The translations under genes were made by a program, and so were the position numbers. The notes under the pieces are model-generated. The model saw only the letters and a program-made list of their open reading frames with translations, made no database searches and had not been told where the DNA came from. Shown here piece after piece: positions 39,233 to 54,427 of a stretch of DNA of 64,000 nucleotides; the first letter of the stretch is position 1; each line of letters opens with the position of its first letter. The stretch comes from Vulcanimicrobiota bacterium (GTDB lineage: Bacteria > Vulcanimicrobiota > Xenobia > Xenobiales > JADMJV01), in the NCBI GenBank assembly GCA_050250895.1, contig JBFWNU010000003.1:192001-256000 (forward strand), in the 5' to 3' direction.

Positions 39233-40444
39233 ATGTCTTCAACTTTATCGGCACTTTCCCAGTCATTGCAACAACTTACTCACCAGGAACTACACCAGAG
39301 AAACTGCCAGACCAGCAAACGCTCCTTTGGCTGCGAATGGGACCTGGCCGCTCACCTGTTGGCCACCGAACGCAACGGGCTCTATCGACACATGGGCAGC
39401 GGCAGTGTGGTCGGCTACGCTGTGACCCACCTGAAGTTGCATCCTCAAAAGGCCGGCGAACTTCTGAGTTTAGCCAGGGTCTTCGAGCAACTCCCATTGA
39501 TCTCGGAAGCCTTTCGCGAGGGGAAGCTCTGCTGGAGCAAGGCCCGTGCTCTTAAGCGGATCACCACCCCCGAGAACGAGGCCGAGATGCTCGAGTTTGC
39601 CTTGAACAACAAGGCCCAGGCAGTCGAGCGCGCCGTGGCTCTGACTCCCACCCAGCATAAGCGTGGCCAGGCTTTGAAAGCGTCGCTCGAGGCTCGCCAG
39701 AGTCAGCCCGAACTCACCCAGGTCGAGCAACCCACAAAATCCGAGTCGGTGGCTTTACCGACCCCGGTTCCCGCGGTGCCCAAGTTGAGACAGGTCGTCT
39801 TGCTGATGACCCCCGAGCAGTATGCCGTCTACGAGCAAGCAAAGAGAATGGTCGAGGCCCGCCAGGGTAAGCGCGTCAGTAGAGAGACGGCGGTGACCGA
39901 GATGAGCAGGGCTTTACTCGGGTCGGCAGACAACCGCAGCAAAGTGCGACATCAGGTCATCGTGCACGTGAACGGTGAGACGGGCGAAGGCTTCTATGAT
40001 ACCGACCGGGGACTGTTGCCGGCCGAGGCCGAGGCCGTTGACGAGGCAATGAAGCAAACCGGCATCGTGGTGGCTTGTTCCCACAACACACTTCCAGCTG
40101 GAAGTAGCCGGTCGAAACTTCCGGCTGAAACTAGCCAGGCCGAACAGCTACCGCTACTGCCGAGTCAGCCCAAGGCCAGACCGGGTCTGCCGGTGGGGTT
40201 GGTGCGAGCGGTTTACGCCCGCGCTTTCGGTTGCTGTGAGCGATGCTCGTGCAGAGGCGGGAATTTGGTGATACACCACGTTCGTGCCTGGTCCGAAACC
40301 AGGCGACATCGGCTGGAAGACTTAGAGCTGCTATGTCCAAGTTGTCACGCCAGCGAGCACGAAGAAGACTTTGCGACTCGCACCGAGTGGAAAGCCGCCC
40401 GAGACGCCTCCGTTCGCCAACGCACCAGGTCACGCTCGCGGTGA
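39233..40444 (+). CDS. DUF222-like domain plus HNH endonuclease-like protein (paralogue 2)
   Basis: Colinear with paralogue 1 (AAHLLATER, TPEQYAV.EQA, VRHQV, GFYDT.RG). CERC...IHHVRAW...LLCPSCH. Confidence 0.87.
   Translation: MSSTLSALSQSLQQLTHQELHQRNCQTSKRSFGCEWDLAAHLLATERNGLYRHMGSGSVVGYAVTHLKLHPQKAGELLSLARVFEQLPLISEAFREGKLCWSKARALKRITTPENEAEMLEFALNNKAQAVERAVALTPTQHKRGQALKASLEARQSQPELTQVEQPTKSESVALPTPVPAVPKLRQVVLLMTPEQYAVYEQAKRMVEARQGKRVSRETAVTEMSRALLGSADNRSKVRHQVIVHVNGETGEGFYDTDRGLLPAEAEAVDEAMKQTGIVVACSHNTLPAGSSRSKLPAETSQAEQLPLLPSQPKARPGLPVGLVRAVYARAFGCCERCSCRGGNLVIHHVRAWSETRRHRLEDLELLCPSCHASEHEEDFATRTEWKAARDASVRQRTRSRSR
40090..40105. repeat. AGCT-type palindrome inside HNH gene 2
   Basis: ACTTCCAGCTGGAAGT followed by AGCCG as in the array units; a degenerate ACTTCCGGCTGAAACT follows at 40117. 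Confidence 0.9.
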
Positions 40445-40481
40445 GCGAAGGACCTCGCACCGGCGCTTCGAAATCAGCAGG

Positions 40482-40898
40482 ATGCGACTTCAGGGGATAC
40501 TGCTGATAGTGCTTGTGGCTGTGGGTTGCATGGGGAAGTCGCCGCCTCAGTTCTCGCACCAGCAGGTACGCGAGAATCTGGTAACGCGGATAGCCCAGGT
40601 AAAGGGCCTGATGGACGAGACCCCCGCGCTTGAGGCGCGCTTAGAGGCTCTGAAGAAAGAGGTTCCAGCCGAGCGCCGACCGACCCCCGAGCAAGTCCAG
40701 GCTCAGGAGCCGGACGACTACGAGCGCCGCTTTGGCCTGGGATATCCCTACGAACTCGACTGGCATCTCTATTCGCCCGCAGAGCAGAAAGAGCTAAGGC
40801 AGCTGCAAACCGACCTCGACCGACTGGGTCAGGAGTCCGAGCGCTTTTTCCAACTCGAGGCCGAACTCAAAGTGTGGGAGCAGGCGAAGCAGCCGTGA
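40482..40898 (+). CDS. Putative lipoprotein
   Basis: MRLQGILLIVLVAVGC lipobox-like; helical body. Confidence 0.6.
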   Translation: MRLQGILLIVLVAVGCMGKSPPQFSHQQVRENLVTRIAQVKGLMDETPALEARLEALKKEVPAERRPTPEQVQAQEPDDYERRFGLGYPYELDWHLYSPAEQKELRQLQTDLDRLGQESERFFQLEAELKVWEQAKQP

Positions 40899-41371
40899 GA
40901 AAGCTGGTCGAGCTGCTGGCAGTCTTGTTAGTGGTCGCGGTCGTGGTGTCGAGCGGTCGACCAGAGCGAGAAGAAGAGTATGTCATCCACTCGACCCCGT
41001 CGGTCAAAGTGATCGAGTTTCTGTCGGCCACTTATCCCGAGGTTCATTTCGCGCGGCACCCGAGCCGCCGGGGTCTGGTCGCCGTGGGTAGCCGTGAAGA
41101 GATCGCCAGGGTCCGCAGCACGCTTCACCAACTCGAGGTCCCCGAACCCCCGCCTCCCCCCGCCCGCGAGTTTCTGAGGGTGAAGCCCGGCGAGCTCGAG
41201 ACGACGAGGGAGCGCCTCCAGGCCGCCGTTCCCACCCTGAAAGTGAGGGTCGAGCCCCGCCTGAATTGTCTACTCCTGGAGGGGGAACCGGCGGATGTCA
41301 GGCGGGCCAGAGAGCTGGTGGACCTGTCCGGCCGGCCTGTGGAGCCTTCGCGCAGCAGCGCCGCTGACTGA
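40895..41371 (+). CDS. Membrane-anchored protein with two NolW/secretin-N-like modules
   Basis: GTGA overlap start; RGLVAVGSREEIARVRSTLHQLE and RLNCLLLEGEPADVRRARELV. Confidence 0.55.
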   Translation: MRKLVELLAVLLVVAVVVSSGRPEREEEYVIHSTPSVKVIEFLSATYPEVHFARHPSRRGLVAVGSREEIARVRSTLHQLEVPEPPPPPAREFLRVKPGELETTRERLQAAVPTLKVRVEPRLNCLLLEGEPADVRRARELVDLSGRPVEPSRSSAAD

Positions 41372-41391
41372 GTGGCTGGCCGTGGAGGCGC

Positions 41392-44289
41392 ATGAAACGA
41401 GGAAGGCGAAGTGAAATCGGCGTGCCTGATTCACCGCCTCTGAGAATACTGGTAGTAGAAGACCACGAGCCTTCTCTCAAGGCTCTCCGGCTTTCGCTTG
41501 AAGACTGGGGACACACTGTGCTGGCCATGGCCGACGGTAGCGCGGCCCTGGCGGCCCTCGAGCAAGACGCGAGATTTCAGTTGATGATCACCGATTGGCG
41601 ACTGCCGGGCCTCGACGGGCTGACCCTGTGCCGTCGAGTTCGGCAGATTTCGGGCCACTATATCCACGTGATCGTGATGACCGCGCGCAATGAGCGCTCG
41701 GACCGGGTCACGGCTCTGCAGGCCGGCGCCGACGCTTTTCTGGATAAGCCCCTCGACATGCAAGAGCTGCGCTCGCAGTTATTGGTGGCCAGCCGGATCA
41801 TCGACCTCGAGAACCGGCTCGGCCGCCAGGTGGAGGAATTACAGAAAGCCCACCGGGGGCTGACCGAGCAGAGCCAGATTAGCGAGACCCTGCGCAGCCT
41901 GGGCATCGAATTGGCCGCCGAGCTCGATCCAGACCGCCTGCTGCGCTCGGTGGTCGAGGCCGGACGTCGACTGACGAAAGCCGAACTGGTGGCCTTTGCC
42001 TACAGCGACCCAGATGACCCGCGCATCGTGGTGACGGCTCGGCCGCGGCCGTGCGAGCCGGAAGAGCTGCTGACCTATTCGCCCCCCGGGGCTGAGGTGA
42101 GCTTGCGGGTGGAAGACTTGTGGTCCAAAGATGAGAAGGCCCCGCTGCGGTCGTTTCTCAGCATGCCGGTGATGGCGGGGGCGGGCGATAGTCTGGGCAG
42201 CCTCTATTTCGGCCACCGTGAGCCGGGCGGTTTTTCCAACCGCGAAGTGCAACTGGCTCAGGGATTGGCGGCCCAGGCGGCGGTGGCCCTGGACAACGCC
42301 CGTTTGCATCTGCGTTCCCAGGTGAACCAGCGTCGCCTGGAAGAGAAGAACCAGGAACTCTCCAGCCGTTACGAGCAGCTGAACCTGTTGCGCCGCGAGG
42401 CTCAGGCCATCCAGCGAAAGCTCGAGAAGGTGCTCTCGGGCATTCAAGAAGCCTTTGTATTGCTGGATTCGAACTGCCGCTACGTCTATTTCAACCAGCC
42501 AGCCGCCGAAATGGCCGGGGCCACCGACGAGGATTTGGTGGGGCGCAGCTTCTGGGAGATGTTTCCCGACCTGGTGGGCACCCAGCTCGACAAGGCTCTC
42601 ACCACCGCCCGCGGGGATAGCGTGGTGCGCTTGGATGAGTATTATGCCAGTCGTGGACGCTGGTACGAGCATCGCGTGCATTCTTCTCGAGAGGGCTTGC
42701 TGTCAGTGTTTACCGCCGATATCACGGAAACGCGCAGGGCCGAATTGGCGGCTCGCAAGGCCGAACTCTGGCTGCAAGCGATCTTCGACCAATCGTCGGG
42801 CTTTTTCGCGATTCTTAGTCCCGACGGCCGGGTGCTGGTGGTCAATCAGGCTTCGCTGGATGTGGCCGGACTCGAGCGCGAAGAGGTGGTCGATCGGCCG
42901 GCCTGGGAGACCTGCTGGTGGGATGACCCCGCAGATCGCCAGGAGCTGCGCCGAGAGATCGCCGAGGCCGCCCAGGGCCAGGGGGTGGTCCGCGAGTGTA
43001 GTTATCAGGGCGCCGGCCAGGAGCGCCGTTTTCTCAACCGCTCCTTGACCCCCATTCGAGACGAGACCGGGCAAGTGATCTATGTCTTGCTCGAGGGTGT
43101 CGATATCACCGAGCAAAAGTCGGCTCAATCCGAGCTCGAGCGAGCTCGCGATCAGGCCCTGCTGGCCAATCGCATGAAGTCCGAATTTCTGGCCAATATG
43201 AGCCATGAGATTCGCACCCCGCTCAGCGGCATTCGCGGCATGACCGACTTTTTGCTCGACACCGAATTAGACCCCGAGCAGCGAGAATTTGCCGAGACCA
43301 TCTCGCAATGTGCCGAGGGCCTCTTAGCTGTGGTCAGCGATGTGCTCGACCTTTCGCGGATCGAGGCAGGCCAGCTCGAGCTTCGCGAGACCGCCTTCGC
43401 TTTGCGCGAGGTGGTCTCGAATGCGACTGGCATCTTCCGGTATCGGGCCGAAGAGAAGGGCGTCGAGCTGCATTGGCAGGTGGCCGAAGACCTCCCCGAG
43501 TTGCTCCACGGCGACCCGGACCGCTTGCGCCAGATCCTGGTGAACTTCATCAGCAACGCCACCAAGTTCACCGACGAAGGTGAGATTAGCGTGAGGGCCC
43601 TGGCTAGCCAGGACGGCCGGTTGCGGCTCGAGGTACAGGACACCGGTATCGGCATCTCCCAAGAGGCGGGGCGCCGGCTATTTCAGCCCTTCTCGCAGGT
43701 GGACAGTTCACCCAGTCGTCGTTACGGGGGAACGGGCCTGGGTCTATCGATCGTGCGCCGACTGGCTGTCTTGATGGGCGGCGAGGCCCACTTCGCCAGC
43801 GAGGTCGGAGCCGGCTCGACCTTTTGGTGTGACCTGCCTCTGCAGCCGGCCGAGGCACTGGCCGTTGGAGAGACGCCGCCATCCTGCAATGCCCTGGGCG
43901 AGCACGCCGCCGGTCTGCGGGTGCTGGTGGCCGAAGACAACCCCATCAACCGCAGGGTCGTCCTGCTACAGTTGCAGAAGATGGGAGTCGCCGCCGAAGC
44001 GGTCGCCAACGGCCGAGAGGCGATCGAGGCGGCTAAGCGCGAGCCGTTCGACCTGATCTTGATGGACTGCCAGATGCCCGAACTCGATGGCTACGAGGCC
44101 ACCCGTCGTCTAAGAGCCGCAGGCCATGACACGGTGGTGGTGGCCCTGACCGCCCATGCCCTCAAAGGGGAGCGTCAGAAGTGCCTGGCTGCGGGTATGA
44201 ACGATTTTCTAGCCAAGCCCACCTCGGCCATCGACCTCGAAGCCGCTCTCTATCGCTGGTGTGTCGAGCGGGTCACTGGCTGTCATTGA
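41392..44289 (+). CDS. Hybrid histidine kinase (REC-GAF-PAS-PAS-HisKA-HATPase-REC)
   Basis: [44 protein letters not shown]. Confidence 0.93.
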   Translation: MKRGRRSEIGVPDSPPLRILVVEDHEPSLKALRLSLEDWGHTVLAMADGSAALAALEQDARFQLMITDWRLPGLDGLTLCRRVRQISGHYIHVIVMTARNERSDRVTALQAGADAFLDKPLDMQELRSQLLVASRIIDLENRLGRQVEELQKAHRGLTEQSQISETLRSLGIELAAELDPDRLLRSVVEAGRRLTKAELVAFAYSDPDDPRIVVTARPRPCEPEELLTYSPPGAEVSLRVEDLWSKDEKAPLRSFLSMPVMAGAGDSLGSLYFGHREPGGFSNREVQLAQGLAAQAAVALDNARLHLRSQVNQRRLEEKNQELSSRYEQLNLLRREAQAIQRKLEKVLSGIQEAFVLLDSNCRYVYFNQPAAEMAGATDEDLVGRSFWEMFPDLVGTQLDKALTTARGDSVVRLDEYYASRGRWYEHRVHSSREGLLSVFTADITETRRAELAARKAELWLQAIFDQSSGFFAILSPDGRVLVVNQASLDVAGLEREEVVDRPAWETCWWDDPADRQELRREIAEAAQGQGVVRECSYQGAGQERRFLNRSLTPIRDETGQVIYVLLEGVDITEQKSAQSELERARDQALLANRMKSEFLANMSHEIRTPLSGIRGMTDFLLDTELDPEQREFAETISQCAEGLLAVVSDVLDLSRIEAGQLELRETAFALREVVSNATGIFRYRAEEKGVELHWQVAEDLPELLHGDPDRLRQILVNFISNATKFTDEGEISVRALASQDGRLRLEVQDTGIGISQEAGRRLFQPFSQVDSSPSRRYGGTGLGLSIVRRLAVLMGGEAHFASEVGAGSTFWCDLPLQPAEALAVGETPPSCNALGEHAAGLRVLVAEDNPINRRVVLLQLQKMGVAAEAVANGREAIEAAKREPFDLILMDCQMPELDGYEATRRLRAAGHDTVVVALTAHALKGERQKCLAAGMNDFLAKPTSAIDLEAALYRWCVERVTGCH

Positions 44290-44647
44290 GCAGCTTGGCC
44301 ACGTGACGCATGACGTCACCAGTGGCGTAGGGCTTGACGAAGTAGCCCGCAAAGTTGGGGAACTGGCGAGCGCGATCGAAGTCCTCGCGCGAACTCTTGG
44401 CCGTGAAGATGACCACGGGAACGTCACCGAGTTCGGGTGACTCGGCCATCAAACCGCAGATCTCCCAACCGTTCTTGCCAGGTAGCATGATATCGAGCAA
44501 AACCAGGTCGGGGGTCACCGCCTCGAGTTCCTCCACGGCTCGAAGGCCGTCAAAGACCGGCACCACTTCGTAGCCGGCTCGGTTGAGATTGTACTGGAGA
44601 ACTTCGTTGAGGGCCTCGTCATCTTCGACCACCATAATACGAGCCAT
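44273..44647 (-). CDS. Single-domain response regulator
   Basis: IMVVEDD, LVLLDIMLPG, YFVKPY. Confidence 0.9.
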   Translation of the reverse strand: MARIMVVEDDEALNEVLQYNLNRAGYEVVPVFDGLRAVEELEAVTPDLVLLDIMLPGKNGWEICGLMAESPELGDVPVVIFTAKSSREDFDRARQFPNFAGYFVKPYATGDVMRHVAKLLNDSQ

Positions 44648-44657
44648 AGGACTGACT

Positions 44658-46202
44658 TCAGGAGGCTGGGCCCGATTCCCTTCGCGCTCCCGGTCCCTCT
44701 ACTGGCAGTAGAATCCGAAAGGTCGTTCCCTCACCCAGGTTACTCTCCACTGCGATCTTGCCTCCGTGGACGCGCACGATCTGATGGACGATCGACAGCC
44801 CCAGGCCGGCCCCTCCGACCTTGACGTTGCGGGCGGCGTCAACTCGGTAGAAACGCTCGAAGAGATGGGGAAGATGTTCGGGGGCAATGCCCGGACCCTC
44901 GTCGGCCACCACGATCTCGACCCGGCTGCCTTGCTGGCTGATCATGACTCTCACGCATTTGTCGTCGGGAGTGTGGCGCAGGGCGTTGTCGACCAGATTG
45001 AGCAGCATCTGCACCAGGCGGTCACGGTCGGCGCGCAGGTTGGGCAAGCCCGGTTCGAGCCCGACCTCGACGGCCTTTTCGGGCCCCCGTCCTTGCCGCG
45101 CCGTCGAAACGGCCTCATCCACCACCTCGTGCAGGTCCACGTCGGACAGAGTCGAGGCCAGGTTTCCGCTCTCGATCTGGGCCAGGTCGAGCAACTGCGT
45201 GGCCAGGCGGGCCAGGCGATCAGTCTGAGTGATGATTCGGGGTAGGAAGCGCTGGTTCAGAGCGGGGTCCTCTTCGCCGTGGGTCACCATGGTTTCGGCC
45301 ATGCCTCGGATGGCAGCTAGCGGTGCCCGTAGCTCGTGAGAGACGTCTGAAACGTAGCGCCGGCGCAATCCTTCCAGCCCCTGCAGGCGCTCGGCCATGG
45401 CGTTGAGGGTGCGGGCCAGTTCTTCGACCTCGACCGTGCCCTCGACGGGGACGCGTTCTTCCAGGTCCCCTCGGGCCAGTTTCTGAGCCCCGCGATTGAG
45501 GGCTTCAACCGGTCTAGCCAGGTTGGTCGCCAGCCAAAAGGTCAGAGCCACGATCAACACCGCATAGGCGGTCACCCCGGCTATTAGCGAGCGCCGGATG
45601 CGGCGCACCTTTTCGAGCACCTGGCGCAAGGAATAGGACACGCGCACGGCCCCCACGATCTGGTCTCCGGAATGGACGGGAACGTTGACATACATCGTTT
45701 CTTCATAGTCGCGTTGAGGACTCTTCCAGGTGGTGGAATTGTCGTGGCCGTGGACGGCGTCCGCTAGACCGGGGGCCAGATCCTCGGTGACCGGGTGGCC
45801 GATGGCCAGGCTGGCAAAGCCCGCCGTGCCCGCCCGCACGATCCCCTTCTGGTCCGCGATGATGAGGCGAATGCCGGTGTGACGGTCCCAGCGGTCGACC
45901 ACCGTCTCGAGTTGCATGACGTCGGCACCGCCGGCGAGTAGGGGAACCACGTCTTCGGCGATCAAGAAGGCGTCAGAACGTAGCCGACCTTCGAGTTCCT
46001 GCAAGAAGAAGCCCCACAAGAGGGTGGCCAGCAGGGTCGAGAAGATCAGCAAGGGAATGCCGATGGCTAACAGACTGCTGCCGATCAGCTGCCAGCGTAT
46101 GGTTCGGAACGGGTTGCGCAACGGCCCTCCTGGCTCGGGTGGCAGGACATGTTCGCGCGGATGGTCGAAACTGAACTGTCCTTTAGATCTGAGCTTTCCC
46201 AC
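44658..46202 (-). CDS. Membrane sensor histidine kinase with HAMP
   Basis: Two TM segments, HAMP, VSHELRAPL, NLVDNALRH, FERFYRVD, GAGLGL. Exact start uncertain. Confidence 0.9.
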   Translation of the reverse strand: MGKLRSKGQFSFDHPREHVLPPEPGGPLRNPFRTIRWQLIGSSLLAIGIPLLIFSTLLATLLWGFFLQELEGRLRSDAFLIAEDVVPLLAGGADVMQLETVVDRWDRHTGIRLIIADQKGIVRAGTAGFASLAIGHPVTEDLAPGLADAVHGHDNSTTWKSPQRDYEETMYVNVPVHSGDQIVGAVRVSYSLRQVLEKVRRIRRSLIAGVTAYAVLIVALTFWLATNLARPVEALNRGAQKLARGDLEERVPVEGTVEVEELARTLNAMAERLQGLEGLRRRYVSDVSHELRAPLAAIRGMAETMVTHGEEDPALNQRFLPRIITQTDRLARLATQLLDLAQIESGNLASTLSDVDLHEVVDEAVSTARQGRGPEKAVEVGLEPGLPNLRADRDRLVQMLLNLVDNALRHTPDDKCVRVMISQQGSRVEIVVADEGPGIAPEHLPHLFERFYRVDAARNVKVGGAGLGLSIVHQIVRVHGGKIAVESNLGEGTTFRILLPVEGPGARRESGPAS

Positions 46203-46252
46203 CGTTCTGCTAGGAACGGTCAGCTCCTTTTTACCTACTAGGAGGATGCTAA

Positions 46253-52579
<6,327 letters not shown>

Positions 52580-52650
52580 CGCCGGGTGGGTGGGTTCGCC
52601 GAGAAGCAAGGATTAGAGGGGCGATTTCTGACAATAGGGAATCTCCTTTC

Positions 52651-54135
52651 ATGTTGCGTTCCAAATTGTTCCTGCTGATCGCTGTCTTGCTAGTCGGTAT
52701 GGCCGATGCCTACGAGACTGTAAGCGTTACTCCGGGGAGTGTAGAGGCCGAGAACATTCAGATGGCTATCGACTTCTTGCTCAGCGAACCCCAACTCGCC
52801 CCTTACGGCAAGCTTGCCCAAGCCCACCTGGCGGCGGGCAAGTATTACGTCAAGCGCAAAGAGCGCGGCGAAAGTGTGGATACCGAGACCAACAATTCGA
52901 GCAACGACACTTACGTGGATGGCGACTTGATTCCTCAGAAGAAGTTTGATCCAAGCAGCTGCTTTGATGACTACAATATCATCCGGCTGGCGGTGACCTT
53001 GATGCACGAGGCGATCCATACTCAGCAAGGCAAGTGGCAGAGGACTTTCTCGTGCATTTACAACGGGCTCTACATGGGACACGGCGCCGAGAGGATCTGC
53101 TGGGGCGAGACGCTTTTTCTTCTGGACCAGGTGATCAACGAGCACATGCTGCGGCGCAAGAAGCACGGCGCGACCCTTAAGGCGATGCGTAAGGAAATGG
53201 CCATGATCGACGTCAAGTTGTTTTTGCTGAGTTCTTACGAGAGTGAACACAAGAAGAACTATGGCAACCTCGGTCTGAGTTACATCTCCCTACCCTACGA
53301 CGACAAGCCTCCCGTGGATCCTTCGCCGGAAGACCCTATTCCACCGCTGGTTGACTATCTCGAGAAGGAGCGCAAAAAGCTCTACGAGCAGATCGTGGAC
53401 CTCAAAGAGAGGCAGTTGCAAGAAGAGAACCCTGGTCTCGAGTCCGGTCAGACCGAGAAATCGGACGACCCGCCAGCGCCGCCGAAAGAGTATGTGTTTG
53501 TTCCTCCAGGTCTGCAAGAGAAGGACTGTGAAATCGCGTGGACAGCCACCGGGGAACAAGCCGGCCACGTGCTGGATGTCACCCTCGAGAATAAGACCTC
53601 TCAGGAGTTTGACTTCCCGTTCATTCCCGGCATCGTGCTGGTGTGCGACGGTGCGTCACGGGTGGTAGTCTTGCGCAGTGAGCCCGTGACGCTGATTCCT
53701 GGCGCGACTGTCACTGCTTCCGTCGAAGGATTCTTGCTCGACGCGAATCCCGCCCCGTCGGGCTCCTCGGTCGACTACCGGGTCGGGAGCCTGTCCAGCT
53801 ATGGCGAACTTGGGCAAGTGGTGGCCCGCGGCCACGTCTTGATACCGGCCGATCGTTTGCCGGTGTCGGCTTATCGTCAAAGGGTACTGCGCGCGGCCGT
53901 GTTGACCTCGCTGGGTCGGTATAGCCGCGAGCAGGCCGAAAAGGAACTGGCGGTGGAACTCGGTCCGGAGTCTGCGGCCCGGGCGGTGGAGACCATGTGG
54001 AGCGACATCCATCGCGTCCTTGGCTTGCGCCCCGGCCAGGGACCGCGCCCCATAGAGAAAGGGACAGCCGGGATGGACCGGGAGGGAGACGACGGTGAAT
54101 TTCTCAAACCGCTTTGCCCGCCTGGTTCGCAATAG
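52651..54135 (+). CDS. Secreted hypothetical protein with HExxH motif
   Basis: Signal peptide; LAVTLMHEAIH followed by a downstream E (GAER); beta-rich C-terminal part. Confidence 0.65.
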   Translation: MLRSKLFLLIAVLLVGMADAYETVSVTPGSVEAENIQMAIDFLLSEPQLAPYGKLAQAHLAAGKYYVKRKERGESVDTETNNSSNDTYVDGDLIPQKKFDPSSCFDDYNIIRLAVTLMHEAIHTQQGKWQRTFSCIYNGLYMGHGAERICWGETLFLLDQVINEHMLRRKKHGATLKAMRKEMAMIDVKLFLLSSYESEHKKNYGNLGLSYISLPYDDKPPVDPSPEDPIPPLVDYLEKERKKLYEQIVDLKERQLQEENPGLESGQTEKSDDPPAPPKEYVFVPPGLQEKDCEIAWTATGEQAGHVLDVTLENKTSQEFDFPFIPGIVLVCDGASRVVVLRSEPVTLIPGATVTASVEGFLLDANPAPSGSSVDYRVGSLSSYGELGQVVARGHVLIPADRLPVSAYRQRVLRAAVLTSLGRYSREQAEKELAVELGPESAARAVETMWSDIHRVLGLRPGQGPRPIEKGTAGMDREGDDGEFLKPLCPPGSQ

Positions 54136-54427
54136 CCTGTTCGTTCTTTTGTTGCTGACTCTCGGGGCAGCCGCAGATCAGGCCACCGCCAAACTCAAGG
54201 TTGCTGGTATGAGCTGCGAGACGGGTTGCGTGCCCCACGTGAGAGAACTCCTCGGTCGATTGCCCGGAGTTGTTGAAGTGGTCGAGGTGAAGCTCGCCGG
54301 TCTCACTGCCACGGTGCGTTTTGACGATCGGATCACCTCCCCCGACCAGATTGCCAGAGGTCTTGAAGAAGCCAGCGCTCGGCGCTATCTAGCCAGGCCG
54401 CTGCCTCCAGGCGACCCGCCTGGCTAG
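54095..54427 (+). CDS. Exported heavy-metal-associated (HMA) domain protein
   Basis: LKVAGMSCETGC...LPGV...ATVRFD; signal peptide. Confidence 0.75.
   Translation: MNFSNRFARLVRNSLFVLLLLTLGAAADQATAKLKVAGMSCETGCVPHVRELLGRLPGVVEVVEVKLAGLTATVRFDDRITSPDQIARGLEEASARRYLARPLPPGDPPG

Noticed and set aside
23078-40444. IscB/Cas9/TnpB-type RNA-guided nuclease for the HNH genes
   Set aside because: No RuvC motifs or PLMP N-terminus are visible, and the HNH domain is C-terminal and alone.
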